Position numbers and translations under genes: made by a program. This document shows positions 10,017 to 19,389 of a DNA stretch of 64,000 nt, piece by piece (the stretch's first letter is position 1; the number at the start of each line of letters is the position of its first letter). The DNA comes from an uncultured Chloroflexia bacterium (lineage in GTDB: Bacteria; Chloroflexota; Anaerolineae; CG2-30-64-16): the NCBI GenBank assembly GCA_963810095.1, contig CAWEMM010000009.1, positions 160,001-224,000 of the forward strand, given 5' to 3'. The notes under the pieces were generated by a model, which saw only the letters and a list, made by a program, of their open reading frames with translations, was not told the origin of the DNA and did not search any database.

Positions 10017-11297
10017 CTATTGCGGCCCGGCCAGGACCTTCCGCCGTTCCCGCATCTCCGGCCCCTCCACCATCTCCTCGAGCGGACCTTGCGCCCCTGC
10101 AAGCCGGCGTGCATACCAGACCGATAAGGGCGTGGCCGACAGGCCGTGGGCCACCACGCTGAGCAGAATCGTCCAGGTGGCTGCGGTGATCAGGGTTTCG
10201 ACAGGCCGAGCGGCTTCCGTGAACATCTCGAACGCCATCAGGGTGAAAACGACGGAGGCGAGGCCGCGGGGGCCAAACCACCCCATGAGGCCGACCGTAT
10301 CACGGCGGAGGCGGGTGCCGACCAACGCGATCGCGACGGGAACCATGCGAATCACCGTGAGGCTGAGCACGGCGTAAACGACGGGCCGCCAACTGGTCGT
10401 GTTGGGGATCACCTTCGTGACCAGCACAGCGCCGAAGACGCCCCACACCAGGAGCGAGAGAAACGAGCCAAGCGTCTCGGTGAACTCGGTAGACTCGACG
10501 AGTTGGTCGCGGGTCGTGGCCCGGAATACGATGCCGCCCGCAAAGGCGGCGATGAAGCCGTTGCCGCCGATTGCAAGCGAGCCGAAGTAAGCGGCGAGCG
10601 CCAGGCCCAGGATGGCAAGCTGTTCGGAAACGCCGCTCGTCCATTCCCGCCGGGTCGCGTATGCCAGCAGCTTGCCGCCGGCGAATCCGACCACCACCGC
10701 CGCAACGAGGGCCAGCAGAATCTCGATCAGGGCGTGGCTGAGCCAGGCGCCCGACCCCTGGCTCTCGGTCGTCGCGGTTGCGAACGCAAGAAACAGCAGG
10801 ACGAACGGTGTGGCAATGCCATCGTTCAGCCCGCTCTCGATGTTCAGCGCGCGCCGGATGCGCACGGGCACCCGGGGATTGTTGAAGATCGGCAGCCCGA
10901 GTGCTGCATCGGTGGGCGCAAGGATCGCGCCCAGCAGGCAGGCGAAGGCCAAGCCCTCCTGGGGCATCAGGAGCAGCGCGGCGGCCGCGCCGGCGAAAAT
11001 CGTCAGCAGCAGGCCGGTCGTGAGCAGCCGTGCAGGCAGGCGAGCGTCGCCACTGACCTCCCGCAGCTTGAGGGTCGACGCGTCGGCGAAGAGCAAGAGC
11101 GCCAACGTGATTTCGGTCAGGGCCTTCATCGATTCCGTCTGGGGCGAGATGGGCAGCAGGTCGGTGACGCCGCTGCCGAGCACCACCCCGATTGCGACGA
11201 AGACCATTGGCATGGTGATGGACCAGCGGCCGAGCTTGTTCGCGAGCGCGGCGTAAAGGACGATCAGGGCAGCCAGCACGGCGAGGCCTGTAATCAC
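10017..11297 (-). CDS. Cation:proton antiporter (CPA1/NhaP family)
   Basis: LAPTDAALG, ESGLNDG and GWFGPRGLAS motifs. AGGAGG RBS before GTG at 11297. Confidence 0.9.
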   Translation of the reverse strand: MITGLAVLAALIVLYAALANKLGRWSITMPMVFVAIGVVLGSGVTDLLPISPQTESMKALTEITLALLLFADASTLKLREVSGDARLPARLLTTGLLLTIFAGAAAALLLMPQEGLAFACLLGAILAPTDAALGLPIFNNPRVPVRIRRALNIESGLNDGIATPFVLLFLAFATATTESQGSGAWLSHALIEILLALVAAVVVGFAGGKLLAYATRREWTSGVSEQLAILGLALAAYFGSLAIGGNGFIAAFAGGIVFRATTRDQLVESTEFTETLGSFLSLLVWGVFGAVLVTKVIPNTTSWRPVVYAVLSLTVIRMVPVAIALVGTRLRRDTVGLMGWFGPRGLASVVFTLMAFEMFTEAARPVETLITAATWTILLSVVAHGLSATPLSVWYARRLAGAQGPLEEMVEGPEMRERRKVLAGPQ

Positions 11298-11483
11298 GGC
11301 GGCTCCTCCTCTTCGCAACACCAAAACGCAGGATTTTGAGGGAAACGATCACGAAGTGGGGCGCATTATAGCGCATTAGCCAACCGTGTGCACGGTGGAA
11401 GCAAACGCAGGCCCCGCGGGTGGTTCACCGAGGGGCCTGCGTGCCGCCGGATCTTCAGGTGGCAGAGCCGTGCTGCCTCGTGC

Positions 11484-12663
11484 TCAGTCCCGGCCCGTCT
11501 TCATGACGACCTTGAGGCAACCGTCCTCTTTATCGTTGAAGATCTTGTACATCTCCGGCGCCTCGTCCAACCGCGGCCGGTGCGTGATGATGAAGCTCGG
11601 GTCCAGCTTGCCCGTCTGGATCAGCTCCAGCAGCTTGGGGAAATACCGCTGCGGGTGCGACTGCCCCGTGCGCAGCGTGATCCCCCGGTTCATCAGCGAG
11701 CCCATCGGCACCTCGTTCACCAGCCCCATATAGTCGCCGATGATGGAAATGTTCCCCCCGCTCCGCACCGCCATGATCACCTCGCGGAGCGGCGTCGCCC
11801 GGTCCGGCATCAGGCGCGTCGCGGACGCCACCCGGTCCATCGCGGCGATCGGCCCGTGCCCCACCGACTCCATCCCCACCGCGTCGATGCACGCATCCGG
11901 CCCCCGGCCTGCGGTCAGGTCCATCAGCGCTTCCGCCAGGTCCGCGCCCTCAAAGTTCACCGGGATCACCCCCGAGTGGTCCATCGCGATCCGCAGGCGG
12001 TAGGGCTCCTTCTCGATCATCAGGATCGTCTCCGCGCCCATGTGCCGCGCGCTCGCGGCCGCGATCTGCCCGATCGGCCCGCCGCCCCAGATCGCCACCA
12101 CCGTCCCCGGCTTGATGTCGGCCATCTCCGCGGCCATCCAGCCGGTCGGGAACACGTCCGTCAGCAGGATCACTTGGTCGTCCGTCAATCCCTCCGGCAC
12201 CTTCTGCGGGTTCACGTCTGCGTAAGGCACACGCGCATACTCCGCCTGCCCGCCCGCAAACCCGCCCGTCAGGTGCGAGTAGCCGAACATGCCCGCGGTC
12301 GCATGGCCCCACGCCTTCTCCTGCATCCACGCGTTCGGGTTCGAGTTTTCGCACGCGCTCGAACAGCCCCGCCGCGCACGCATTGCACCGCCCGCACGCG
12401 ATTGGGAACGGCACGATCACCCGATCGCCCTTCCTGAGCTTCTTCACCGCGGGCCCGATCTCGACCACCTCGCCCATGAACTCGTGGCCGAGCACGTCGC
12501 CCTTCTCCACGCCCATCATATAGCCGTTATACAGGTGCAGATCCGACCCGCAGATACACGTCGAGCTGATCTTGACGATGCAGTCTTGCGCGTTGATGAT
12601 CTTCGGGTCCGGCACTGTCTCCACGCGCATGTCCTGCTTGCCCATCCAGACGGTCGCCTTCAT
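11484..12663 (-). CDS. Zinc-dependent alcohol dehydrogenase (glutathione-dependent formaldehyde dehydrogenase-like); frameshift near 12370
   Basis: CICGSDLHLY, LGHEFMGEV and IACGRC in ORF 11950..12663. GYSHLTGG.AGGQAEY, DVFPTG and DGCLKVVMK in ORF 11484..12383. Confidence 0.9.
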
Positions 12664-13382
12664 TGCTCCACCTCCTCCGTCCGCTCGCTGCGGGCGCGCT
12701 CGTCGCGCTTGACGCCGGTGGTGCCCATGCTGCTGCCCGGCCGCATCCTGTCGCCCTGGTAGTCTGTCGTGGTCCGCACGTTGCCCTCGAGGCCGCCGTC
12801 CGTCCGGATGTTGCCGGCATCTGGGATGTTGCCGGCATTTGGGATGCTACCGGCATCTCGGATGCCGGCCCCCTCGGGGATCTTGTCACTCGGCTGTGCC
12901 GGGTGCGGCTTTCCGTGGATCGACGCATCCGAGAAGAGCACCTCGCCGGTCTCCAGCACCTGCTTCAGGCTGCGCAGGTCGTCGTACACCTGCCGCTTCG
13001 GGTCCTCACCGAACAGCCCAGCCACCGCCTCGCCGAGCTTGCCGCCCGGCACCTCGTAAACCATCACCACGCGGACCTCGGTGCCCTGGTCGCGTGGGGC
13101 CTTCTTGAAGGTCACGCGGCCGCCATTGGGCACCGTCGCCTCGTCCACCGACTGCCACGCGATCATCTCGTTCGGCTGGTCCTCGACGATCTCCGCGTCC
13201 CACTCGACCGTGCCGCCGCCGAAGGGCGCCTTCGTGGCCCAGTGCGAATGCGTGTTGTCGATCACCCGCACGTCCTGCAGGTGCTGCATGAACTTCGGCA
13301 GGTTCCGGAAGTCGCGCCAGTAGGCGTACACCTCCTCGGGCGACTTGCGAATAGTTATCGCTCGCATCAACTGCATGGTCAT
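12660..13382 (-). CDS. SRPBCC family (cyclase/dehydrase) protein with low-complexity tail
   Basis: SPEEVYAYWRDFRNLPKFM, VEWDAEI and DLRSLKQVLETGE. 4-bp overlap with the dehydrogenase start. Confidence 0.9.
   Translation of the reverse strand: MTMQLMRAITIRKSPEEVYAYWRDFRNLPKFMQHLQDVRVIDNTHSHWATKAPFGGGTVEWDAEIVEDQPNEMIAWQSVDEATVPNGGRVTFKKAPRDQGTEVRVVMVYEVPGGKLGEAVAGLFGEDPKRQVYDDLRSLKQVLETGEVLFSDASIHGKPHPAQPSDKIPEGAGIRDAGSIPNAGNIPDAGNIRTDGGLEGNVRTTTDYQGDRMRPGSSMGTTGVKRDERARSERTEEVEQ
12806..12870 (-). repeat. 18-bp coding tandem repeat, about 3.5 units (GIRDAG-SIPNAG-NIPDAG-NIR)
   Basis: GGATGTTGCCGGCATCTG / GGATGTTGCCGGCATTTG / GGATGCTACCGGCATCTC on the + strand. Confidence 0.75.
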
Positions 13383-13588
13383 ACTCCTCAACTCAAACTC
13401 GTCACTTAGCTAATCTGTATGTGGTGAATTCTCTACTGACTAATGCAACTATAAATGTGAACCCAGGTGAGGGCTGTAGGGCGTAGTCCCATGCGCGGCA
13501 GCGGGCTTGCCGTAGCGCCGGGGGCTCGTGGTATACTCCCCCTCCGTGGCGTGGGCCGGCGGAATGGCTGCCCGCGCGGGGAGTCTCT

Positions 13589-14407
13589 ATGCTTAACGTT
13601 CGCAAGTCCGCCCGTCCGCTTTGGCCCGATTTCGGCCCGTCGCAGGACTGGGCCAAGCCGTTCTTGCGGATCGGTCACGGTGGCGCCGCGGCGCACGCAC
13701 CCGCGAACACCCTCCGGTCGCTGAGCCTCGCACTGTCGATGGGCGCGGACGTGGTGGAGTTCGACGTGCGCCCGTGCCAGGACGGCCTCGTCTTGCTTCA
13801 CGACGAGACGCTTTCCGGGCCCGGCCGCGCACCCATCCTCGTCCGGGAATGCGCGCTGGAAGCGCTGCGTGCCGCGTGCCGGGAGGGAGACGAACCGCTC
13901 GCGGTGCTGGCCGATGCGCTGGACCTGGTGAAGGGCCGCGCGTTGATCAACCTGGACATGAAGGCCGAGGGCTGCGAGGAGGCCGTGCTCGAGCTGTTGC
14001 GGGCAAAGGGAATGCTGGGGGACACGCTGATCAGTTCGCTGATCCCCGACAGTCTTCGCCGTATCCGGGCGCTCGAGCCCGCAGCTTTGACCGGCTATTC
14101 CTACCCGGAGGACAAGCGGGGGGCGTCACAGAAGGGCTATCTGAAGCCGGTCGTTGGTGGCGCGGTGGCAACGATGCGCCGGGCACTGCCCTATCGCCTC
14201 CCGCGCATGATGGCGTACGCCCAGGCCAACGCCGTCATGCTCTACCACAAAGTCGTCTCGCCGGGCGCCGTGCGAGCGGTGCATCGCCGGGGCGGGAAGG
14301 TCTTTGTGTGGACGGTCGACGATGCGGCGCAGCTCGAGCGTTTCAGGAGCATGGGCGTAAACGGCGTAGCGAGCAACCATCCCGAGTTGTTCGGGGTGCG
14401 TGGATGA
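13589..14407 (+). CDS. Glycerophosphodiester phosphodiesterase family protein
   Basis: IGHGGA..APANTL, VEFDV, LLHD, LDMK and FVWTVDD. The catalytic HRG and EN motifs are altered to HGG and AN. Confidence 0.8.
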   Translation: MLNVRKSARPLWPDFGPSQDWAKPFLRIGHGGAAAHAPANTLRSLSLALSMGADVVEFDVRPCQDGLVLLHDETLSGPGRAPILVRECALEALRAACREGDEPLAVLADALDLVKGRALINLDMKAEGCEEAVLELLRAKGMLGDTLISSLIPDSLRRIRALEPAALTGYSYPEDKRGASQKGYLKPVVGGAVATMRRALPYRLPRMMAYAQANAVMLYHKVVSPGAVRAVHRRGGKVFVWTVDDAAQLERFRSMGVNGVASNHPELFGVRG

Positions 14408-14417
14408 AGGTCCCACC

Positions 14418-14458
14418 CCCGCGGCCCGCTCCAACCGCCGGTTGGAGCGGGCCGCGGG
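14418..14458. terminator. Hairpin between convergent genes
   Basis: CCCGCGGCCCGCTCCAACC-gcc-GGTTGGAGCGGGCCGCGGG. Confidence 0.55.
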
Positions 14459-14475
14459 AGCGAGCTGCGGTGCTG

Positions 14476-14760
14476 TCAGTACTGGCGGGTTTCCACGACC
14501 TGCGCGATCCGGGCCCGCGGGTTCGTCATGATACGCCCCTGCACCTGCGCCCACACCTGGCGCATCGCCTCCAGGAGCCCGCCGGCTTCGCTCTCCGTCG
14601 CGAACTCCAGGTCAATACTGACGTGATTCGGATCGTCGACCGCTCGCGTAATCCAGTAGCGTTGCACCCCCGACCGGGCGCGACCCACGGGGTCGCTGTC
14701 GAAGGCATTCTTCCACCCGTCGAAGTCGGGCACAGGATGCTCGATGTGCAAGATGTACAT
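14476..14760 (-). CDS. Small dimeric alpha-beta barrel (cyclase-like) protein
   Basis: HPVPDFDGWK.AFD.DP..R..SGV and DDPNHV.IDLEF pattern. Confidence 0.7.
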   Translation of the reverse strand: MYILHIEHPVPDFDGWKNAFDSDPVGRARSGVQRYWITRAVDDPNHVSIDLEFATESEAGGLLEAMRQVWAQVQGRIMTNPRARIAQVVETRQY

Positions 14761-14765
14761 CGAGC

Positions 14766-15194
14766 CTATCCCCTGGCCGGCTCGCGCCGCCCCATCAGCC
14801 CCAACTGTTCCAACTGGGCGAACAGGTCGGGCACGCCCCAGTGTTCCACGATCTTCCCATCATGAACGCGCGCCAGGTCAAACACGTCGATCTCCATGGG
14901 CTTGCCCGTCGGCGGGAAGGGGCCGAGTGGTCCGCGGTGCGTTCCCCGGGCCGTGAAGTGGCACCAGACGAGTTCGCCGTCGACGGTCGCATGCCGGTGC
15001 GTCACGCTGAAGTCGGGGAAGGCAGCGTGCAGCATGCGGATGCACTCCTTGGTTCCTTCCCGGTTGCGCGGCTGGATGTTGTATTGGTGCTCGATGAAAT
15101 CGGCCGCGACCAAGTCGTCGATCACCTGTAAGTTGCCTTGTCCGAATCCTTCGTCAATCACCTGCCAGAGCACTGCCTTCCGTTCGTCGTCCAT
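14766..15194 (-). CDS. SnoaL-like ester cyclase
   Basis: AAFPDF, RGTHRG..GPFPPTGK and DGKIVEHWG. GGAG RBS. Confidence 0.9.
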   Translation of the reverse strand: MDDERKAVLWQVIDEGFGQGNLQVIDDLVAADFIEHQYNIQPRNREGTKECIRMLHAAFPDFSVTHRHATVDGELVWCHFTARGTHRGPLGPFPPTGKPMEIDVFDLARVHDGKIVEHWGVPDLFAQLEQLGLMGRREPARG

Positions 15195-15337
15195 TTGAAC
15201 TCTCCTTGTATGAGATTCGATCTATGGAGCAGAATACCAGCCGAACGGCAGCCTTTCATCGGCGGCAGTACTCACATTTTCGGATGCCTCGCCCTTACAC
15301 GACCGGGGTTTTGCTGGGCGCACCTGGTATCTGATCT

Positions 15338-15436
15338 GAAATGGGACGCTGATGCAATTGATTGAACTGATCCGCACTGTCCGTTGGGTAAAGATCTTGA
15401 TAATCAGTCGAATCCGTTCAATCAGTGTCCCATCTC
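15338..15436 (+). repeat. Inverted-repeat element family B, copy 1
   Basis: GAAATGGGACGCTGAT...ATCAGTGTCCCATCTC with 9-nt internal periodicity. Homologous to 49472-49571 and 62503-62600. Confidence 0.75.
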
Positions 15437-15465
15437 ATCCCGCGTTGTCCGGCAGCGCGGGGTCA

Positions 15466-15573
15466 GTATCTATCCGAGAATTCGCTGGGGCCGATCTCTG
15501 ACCGTGCCCCGTCTGGCCCGGGCGCCAACGAAGCTGGCGTACGAGCCCGGCCAGAGCATTTTCGGATAGATTC
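15466..15573 (-). mobile_element. MITE-like element family A, copy 2 (108 bp, inverted)
   Basis: GTATCTATCCG...CGGATAGATTC; reverse complement of 5221-5328 with a few substitutions. Flanks are TCA and TTA. Confidence 0.75.
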
Positions 15574-15606
15574 TTATCGCCCGCGGGGGTTGAAGGCAGG
15601 AATGGG

Positions 15607-18596
15607 CTAGTCCGGTCCGAGGTTTTCGACCACCCACGCGGCGAGCTGGACCCGGGAGGCCAGCCCCAGCTTAGCGAGGATATTCGCCACGTGCCGCTCC
15701 GCGGTGCGCTCTGAGATGACCAGCCGTTCCCCGATCTCGCGGTTCGAGCTCCCTTGCGCCACCAGTCTGGCGACACTGCGCTCGCGCCGGGTCAGGCCGT
15801 GGTGCGCCAGCGAATCGGCGCGGCGCGGCGTCGGCGGGGGAGGGCTGGGTAAGGTGGCAAACGCGCTGGCCGCGAACGCCTGCACGCCGAGCCCCTGCAG
15901 GCAGGCTGCTTGCCAGCTCTTCGACCAGCGCCCGGGCACGCGCGAACTCAGCCTGCGCGGTCTTCCGCTGCTTCGCATATCAGCCGCAGCCTGCCCAACT
16001 CGGCGTGTGCGCGCCACAACAGCCCTCGCCGGCCCTGGGATCGCGCACCGTCCACCGCGGCATCCAGCGCGCGCGCCGCGTCGTCCGTTCGCCCAAGCAT
16101 TGCGTAGACCCGCCCGAGCAGCAGCGCGAGTCGCGGCACGGCGGCCAGGCCCAGGCTTTCAAGATGAGGGGTCGAAACCAGCAGGGCCTCGAGCGTCGCC
16201 AGCGCCTCCTGGGCCTGGCCGGCCGCCAGCTCGATCTCGGCGCGCACGCACAGTGTTTCCCGCTCGATCCTGCCGCCGGCCCGGGTTGCACCGGTCAAGA
16301 GCCCGCCCACCAGTCGTTCCGCCTCCGCAAGATCGTCCGCCCGGCTTCGAGCCACCAGCGCCTGGCAAAGCGCTGCGGCCGCGATATCGCCAAAGAAGCG
16401 CGCCCCCGCCTGTTGAGCCTGGTCCCATGCGCTGCGCAGCCGGTCGACTGCTTCGTCGTAGGCCATCAACTCGATCAGGATGGCGGCGATCATCCGCTCG
16501 GACGCGCCGATGCCTGCAACGTGTTCGAGTCGCCGTGCAAGACGGAGGCTGTCGTCGAGGTAGGCCAGTCCGCGCCCGTACTCCCCCAGAAGCCCGTAGA
16601 AGCCGCCCAACAGCCCCAGCGCCTGGGCCTCGCCGCCCAGCCAACCCATCGTCCGCGCAAGCCCGAGCGCTTCCTCGCCGAGGCCCGCCAGCCGTTCGGC
16701 TTCCAGGGGGGGACCTACCTCCGTTTCAAATCGAAGCGGCAGCAATAGGTGAATCGCAGCGTGGAAGACCACGGATCGCTCGTCCGCAGTTCGGGCGAGG
16801 GTCAGCGCTTGTTCCTCGCAGGCCGCGCCGGCCAGCACATCGGGCAGGTTGTAGTAGCAGACGCCCATGAGCTCCAGGGTGCCGGCCTGCCCGGCCGGAT
16901 TGCGGGCGGATGCGAACGCGGCCAGCGCGGCCTCGTGGTACGGCAGGGCGCGATCAGGCTCGTCCAGGTTCAAGTGAACGTTGCCGATGCGATTCAGCGT
17001 TTCGGCCTGCGCAAGCGGGTCTTCCAGGGCCTCCGCCGCGTCGAGCGCGCGCTCGAACCAGGCGAGGCTCCGCGCGTAATCGCGTGCCGACCAGAGGTAA
17101 CCCAGTTTGAGGAGCGCCCGCCACACCTCGCGCCGGTGGCCCGTTTGCTCGGCGGCCTGCAGCGCGGCCGACAGGTCCCCCTCGGCGGCTGCGAACTCGC
17201 CGACCCGCTCGAACAGTTCCGCCCTGGCCAGCAGAAGGTCGGGCGGAGGTTTCTGCTTCAGCTGAAGGGCGCAATCCAGCGCGCGCGTGTATTCGGCCAG
17301 CGCCTCACGGGTCGCGTCGAGCCGCTGCGCCTGTTCGCCCGCCAACCTGGCCAGCGGGAGAGCCCGCTCCCACTCGCCAGCCGCGTAATAGTGGTAGGCC
17401 AACTCGGCCAGCGGGGCAGACTCCGTGCTGTGGATCTGTTCGAGCGCACGGGCGACCTGCCCGTGCAGGCTGCGGCGCTCGCGGCCGAGCAGCTCGGCCC
17501 GCGCTGCCTCCTGCAGCAGTGGGTGGCGGAAAGTAAAGGCATCCGGCCGCTCTTCGACGATGAAGCCGGCGGCCACCAACTCCTTCAAGCGGGCGACCAA
17601 CTCGTTTTCGGGGAGCCCGGCAATGGCGGCCACGAGTTCGAAGCCAAAGTCGCGGCCCGCGATCGCGGCTGCCTGCAGCAGCCGTTTTGCCTCCGGCGTC
17701 AGCTCGGCCCCGCGCCTCTGCACGGCATCCTGTATGCTCTTGGGCACCCGCAGTTCGCGTGCCAGCTTGCGCGTCCAGACCCCGTTCGCCAGGTAGACGG
17801 CGCCCGCGCGCGCCATGTCTGCCGCCAGTTCTTCGACGTAGAACGGATTGCCGGCCGAGAAGGCTGCCACCGCGTCCACCACGTCCGAACCTACGGGTGC
17901 ACCGCCGAAGCAGAGTTCCAGGAGCGCCGCGATTTCGCCGCGTGCGAGCGGCTCGAGCACGATCCACTGTGTGAGCTGCGCCCGCCGCAGCGTCAGAACG
18001 AGGTCTGCCAGGGGCGCCGGGAGCTCGCTGGCTCGGTAAGTAGCTATGACGAACGCCCTGTGGCCCTCCAGGTGCCGCACGAGGAACCGGACGAACGCCA
18101 GTGTGCCCTCGTCGCTCCAGTGAAGATCTTCGAAGACGAGCAGGAGGGGTTGCCGGGCTGCAAGATCGAACACTAGCTCCGCAGCAGCCTCAAACAGCCG
18201 GCGCTGCCTGGCCGCCGGATCATCGCCGTCGCCGCGGGTTTGTTCCGGGCGCACGTCGGCAAGGCCCGAAACCAGCGTGCCGAGGCTGCCGGCGTGCCGG
18301 GCGAAGAGTGGGGCTTCGTCGGGAGAGGCGGCCGCCAGAAGGCGGTTGAGGGCGCCCTGCAGCGGCGCAAATGGAATGGAGCGGTCCTCTTCATAGCACC
18401 GGCCCTCGAGTACGTAGCCCTCGAACTCTGCCCGCAGCTCTGCCACCAGCCGCGTCTTCCCGATGCCGGCCTCGCCTTCGATCAGCACACAGCCGCCCGC
18501 ACCGCGCGCGGCTTCGTCCGCTGCCTGGCTCAGCCGCTGCAATTCATCGGCCCGGCCAATCAGCCGGCGCGATCTCCTCGAATCGTTCACTGTCAT
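15607..18596 (-). CDS. Large ATP-binding LuxR regulator (AAA_16 ATPase, TPR, LuxR HTH); frameshift near 15960
   Basis: [35 protein letters not shown] and FRHPL motifs, then TPRs. The [12 protein letters not shown]...SNREIG...[10 protein letters not shown] is in ORF 15607..16017. Confidence 0.9.
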
Positions 18597-18741
18597 ATCT
18601 CTGCCCGCGCATCTACGCTATGCTGCTCTACTGGCTGCTAATGTAAGGAATGTTGCAGTACGGGGATCACGCTGACGCGTTCATGGTGCGGGCGGCGCTG
18701 AGGAAGGCGGACGGATCGGCCAGGCCCGACCTTGGAACGGG

Positions 18742-19341
18742 TTATCCTGGCTCCGGACCCTGGCGATCGAGGTACTCGTATCCGTAGCGGCCATCGTCCC
18801 CCAACTCCAGGTCTTCGAGCGGGGAAAACTCGTCCCGGTACAACTCGAGCAGCCCCGCAAGCCGGGCGCGGTCCGCCATTCCGGCCGCTTGCGCCTCCAC
18901 CGGCTCGTGCGGCCGCTCGCCCGCGACCTGGGCTAAATACGTTCGGATTGCCCTGCCGGTATAGGGGTCGACGGGCAACTGCAGCGCAGCGTCTCCCGTA
19001 ACCCAGACGTACTCTTCCGCTTCGTCGTTCAGCCGCACCTCGCCGCCCTCCGTGCGGCACGCATAGTCGAAGAAGATGAAATGGCCGGGCCGCCAAAATG
19101 CGGGGTCGAAGATGAATTCCTGGGTGAGCAGCAGGTGGACGTCGTAAATCGTCAGCCCGGTCTCCTCCATAACTTCCCGGTGCAGGGCGGCTTCGAGCGT
19201 TTCGCCCAACTCGACGTGGCCGCCGGGCACGACGTAGCGGCCGCCCCATTTGTGTGAGCGTAGCAGCAACATGCGGCCGGCAGGATCGACGATGAGTGCG
19301 CCGACCGTCGCTTCGGGGTACCTCTGCGCGGGTTTCATCAT
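18742..19341 (-). CDS. NUDIX hydrolase with C-terminal extension
   Basis: Nudix box GGHVELGETLEAALHREVMEETGL. Confidence 0.9.
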   Translation of the reverse strand: MMKPAQRYPEATVGALIVDPAGRMLLLRSHKWGGRYVVPGGHVELGETLEAALHREVMEETGLTIYDVHLLLTQEFIFDPAFWRPGHFIFFDYACRTEGGEVRLNDEAEEYVWVTGDAALQLPVDPYTGRAIRTYLAQVAGERPHEPVEAQAAGMADRARLAGLLELYRDEFSPLEDLELGDDGRYGYEYLDRQGPEPG

Positions 19342-19389
19342 TTCAGCTCCAGTTTGATGTGGCGCCGGCCGGCGGTCTACGCCGGGTGC

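Noticed and set aside
12806-12870. Possible CRISPR or regulatory repeat
   Set aside because: In-frame 18-bp coding repeat within the SRPBCC tail.
15607-18596. STAND ATPases (this gene and 1-2144) as Avs-type anti-phage systems
   Set aside because: The architecture is that of transcriptional regulators (LuxR HTH, MalT motifs), with no nuclease or other effector domain.
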